From Nannocystis sp. ILAH1 (lineage in GTDB: Bacteria; Myxococcota_A; Polyangia; Nannocystales; Nannocystaceae), in assembly GCF_026626585.1 (NCBI RefSeq), contig NZ_JAPNKD010000018.1:75718-139717 (forward strand): a stretch of 64,000 nt of DNA, written 5' to 3'. The notes beneath the pieces were generated by a model, which saw only the letters and a program-made list of their open reading frames with translations, ran no database searches and was not told the origin of the DNA. This document shows, piece after piece, positions 62,679 through 64,000 of this stretch. The position numbers were made by a program, and so were the translations under genes. How positions within the stretch are numbered: position 1 is the stretch's first letter; every line of letters starts with the position of its first letter.

Positions 62679-63305
62679 ATGCCGCCCGCAGCCCGCATCA
62701 CTGACATGCACGTGTGCCCGGTGCCGACCCACGTCGGCGGCCCGGTGGTCGTCGGCGAGACCTCGGTGCTGATCGGCATGATGCCTGCCGCGCGCGAGGG
62801 CGACAAGCTGGTGTGCGCGACCGGCCCCGACAGCGTCGCCCGCGGCGAGCCGTCGGTGATCATCGGCAACAAGCCGGCCGCGCGCCTCGGCGACCCGACC
62901 ACCCACGGCGGCACGATCGTCGTCGGCTGCCCGACCGTGATCATCGGCTCGTCGGCCCAGGTCGAGGCGCTGCGCACCGACAAGCCGTTCTGCGAGGAGT
63001 GCGAGAAGCAGCGCAACACCACGCTGATCCTCGACCACCGCTACCACGACGACGAGCCGGTGCAGGAGGCCGAGTACGAGGTCGAGCTGCGCGACGGCAC
63101 GATCCTCAAGGGCAAGCTCGACGCCAACGGCCAGGCCCGCATCGAGGGCGTGCCGCCCGAGCGGGCCCGCGTCCGCTACGGGCCCGACGTGCGCACCTGG
63201 GAGCGCAAAGAGCAGACGCCGAACCCGACCTTCAAGGAAGAGTTCTCCGACAGCGACGCCGACGCGCTGATCGACGCCGTCACCGGCGAGGGCCAGCAGC
63301 GATGA
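62679..63305 (+). CDS. PAAR-domain protein with an ~110-aa C-terminal extension of unknown function
   Basis: GAAGGA Shine-Dalgarno. N-terminal PAAR motifs (ARITDMHVCP, GDKLVCATGPD, AARLGDPTTHGG). 16 nt after vgrG. Confidence 0.85.
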   Translation: MPPAARITDMHVCPVPTHVGGPVVVGETSVLIGMMPAAREGDKLVCATGPDSVARGEPSVIIGNKPAARLGDPTTHGGTIVVGCPTVIIGSSAQVEALRTDKPFCEECEKQRNTTLILDHRYHDDEPVQEAEYEVELRDGTILKGKLDANGQARIEGVPPERARVRYGPDVRTWERKEQTPNPTFKEEFSDSDADALIDAVTGEGQQR

Positions 63306-64000
63306 GCGGCGGCGAGTACATGCGCGCCATCACCGACGTCGGTGAATGGATCTGGGGCCTCGTCCGCGGCGGGTTCAACGAGCAGCAGTCGATCAGCCAG
63401 ATCATCGTCGACGCGATCATCGGCATGATCCCCGTGGTCGGCGACGTCACCGCGGTGCGCGACCTCCTGGCGGTGGTCATCCGCCTCGCCGACCACCCCG
63501 AGCGGCGCCAGGAGACCATGCAGTGGGTCGAGCTGGCGATCTGCCTGTTCGCGCTGATCCCGGTGGCGGGCGGCGCGATCAAGGGCGTGGGCCGGCTGCT
63601 CGCGCGGGTCGGTCGCAACGCGGCCGACGCGGCGCCGGTGCTGCGCGAGGCGATCGAGCTGCTCAACCGCCTCGGCTCCGGCAACGCGGTCCGCTTCATC
63701 CGGGAGCTCGACCTGTCGCGCTACACCGCCGAGCTGCAGCGCCACTTCCGCTCGCTGGTCGGGCGCGTCAACACCACGATCGACCGGATCCTGCACCGCG
63801 GGCGGTGGGTGCTGCCGAACAGCATGAGCGAGCGCCTGCGCCAGCTGAAGGCGGCGATGCAGGAGCTGCTGGCGCTCGGCGACCGCATGATCCCGCAGGC
63901 GGTGCGCGACCTGAATCAGTGGCTGCACACGGTCCAGCGCCACATCTACGCCGGGTCGTACCACGAGATCCCGTCGAGCCTGCGCGCCGAGACGCGGGAG
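63302..64000 (+). CDS. hypothetical protein with two hydrophobic helices. Probable T6SS cargo effector or adaptor. 3'-truncated by the window end.
   Basis: The ATG overlaps the PAAR stop (ATGA). The frame is open to nt 64000 (233 codons). Confidence 0.6.
   Translation, partial: MSGGEYMRAITDVGEWIWGLVRGGFNEQQSISQIIVDAIIGMIPVVGDVTAVRDLLAVVIRLADHPERRQETMQWVELAICLFALIPVAGGAIKGVGRLLARVGRNAADAAPVLREAIELLNRLGSGNAVRFIRELDLSRYTAELQRHFRSLVGRVNTTIDRILHRGRWVLPNSMSERLRQLKAAMQELLALGDRMIPQAVRDLNQWLHTVQRHIYAGSYHEIPSSLRAETRE

Overview
This is a very high-GC (about 70%) 64 kb stretch with a gene content typical of Myxococcota-like accessory chromosome. That gene content is many lipoproteins with Ser/Thr-rich linkers, two-component and Ser/Thr kinase signalling genes, SBBP/WD40 beta-propellers and Cys-rich secreted proteins. 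I call about 55 protein-coding genes, one IS1380-family insertion sequence, one pseudogene fragment and no rRNA/tRNA/CRISPR. Recognisable genes include a YceI-like protein, PAS-PAS-STAS and GAF-STAS sensors, a four-gene histidine-kinase/response-regulator cluster, a MarR-VOC pair with an autoregulatory palindrome, an HxlR-azoreductase pair and an S1/P1 nuclease. There is also a translationally coupled xanthine-dehydrogenase-family three-subunit operon beside a class-3 lipase, a Ser/Thr kinase fused by overlap to a TPR-like lipoprotein, and an orphan vgrG-PAAR-effector (T6SS spike) module truncated by the window end. Two sequence-level signals are not explained by the gene calls. (1) A statistically over-represented family of short palindromic REP-like elements built on the core GGACATGTCC, CCATGTC or GCATGTC. 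It occurs in at least 16 copies: clustered in convergent intergenic spacers, twice forming hairpin plus T-tract terminators, twice inside a lipoprotein ORF, and next to or inside the IS element. (2) An ~85 bp, ~88% identical leader element duplicated upstream of two unrelated genes. It carries an extended -10-like TGGTATAT box and a conserved ATG that would give a leaderless start of a short MTTPS(D/E)S peptide, either coupled (ATGA) or fused to the downstream gene. Other oddities are an apparent frameshift in an SBBP-repeat gene, a thiopurine-methyltransferase C-terminal fragment abutting an N-terminally minimal SGNH esterase at an overlapping ATG palindrome, and two lower-GC islets that each encode a small protein. 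All functions are inferred from motifs I recognise in the translated ORFs. No database search was run.
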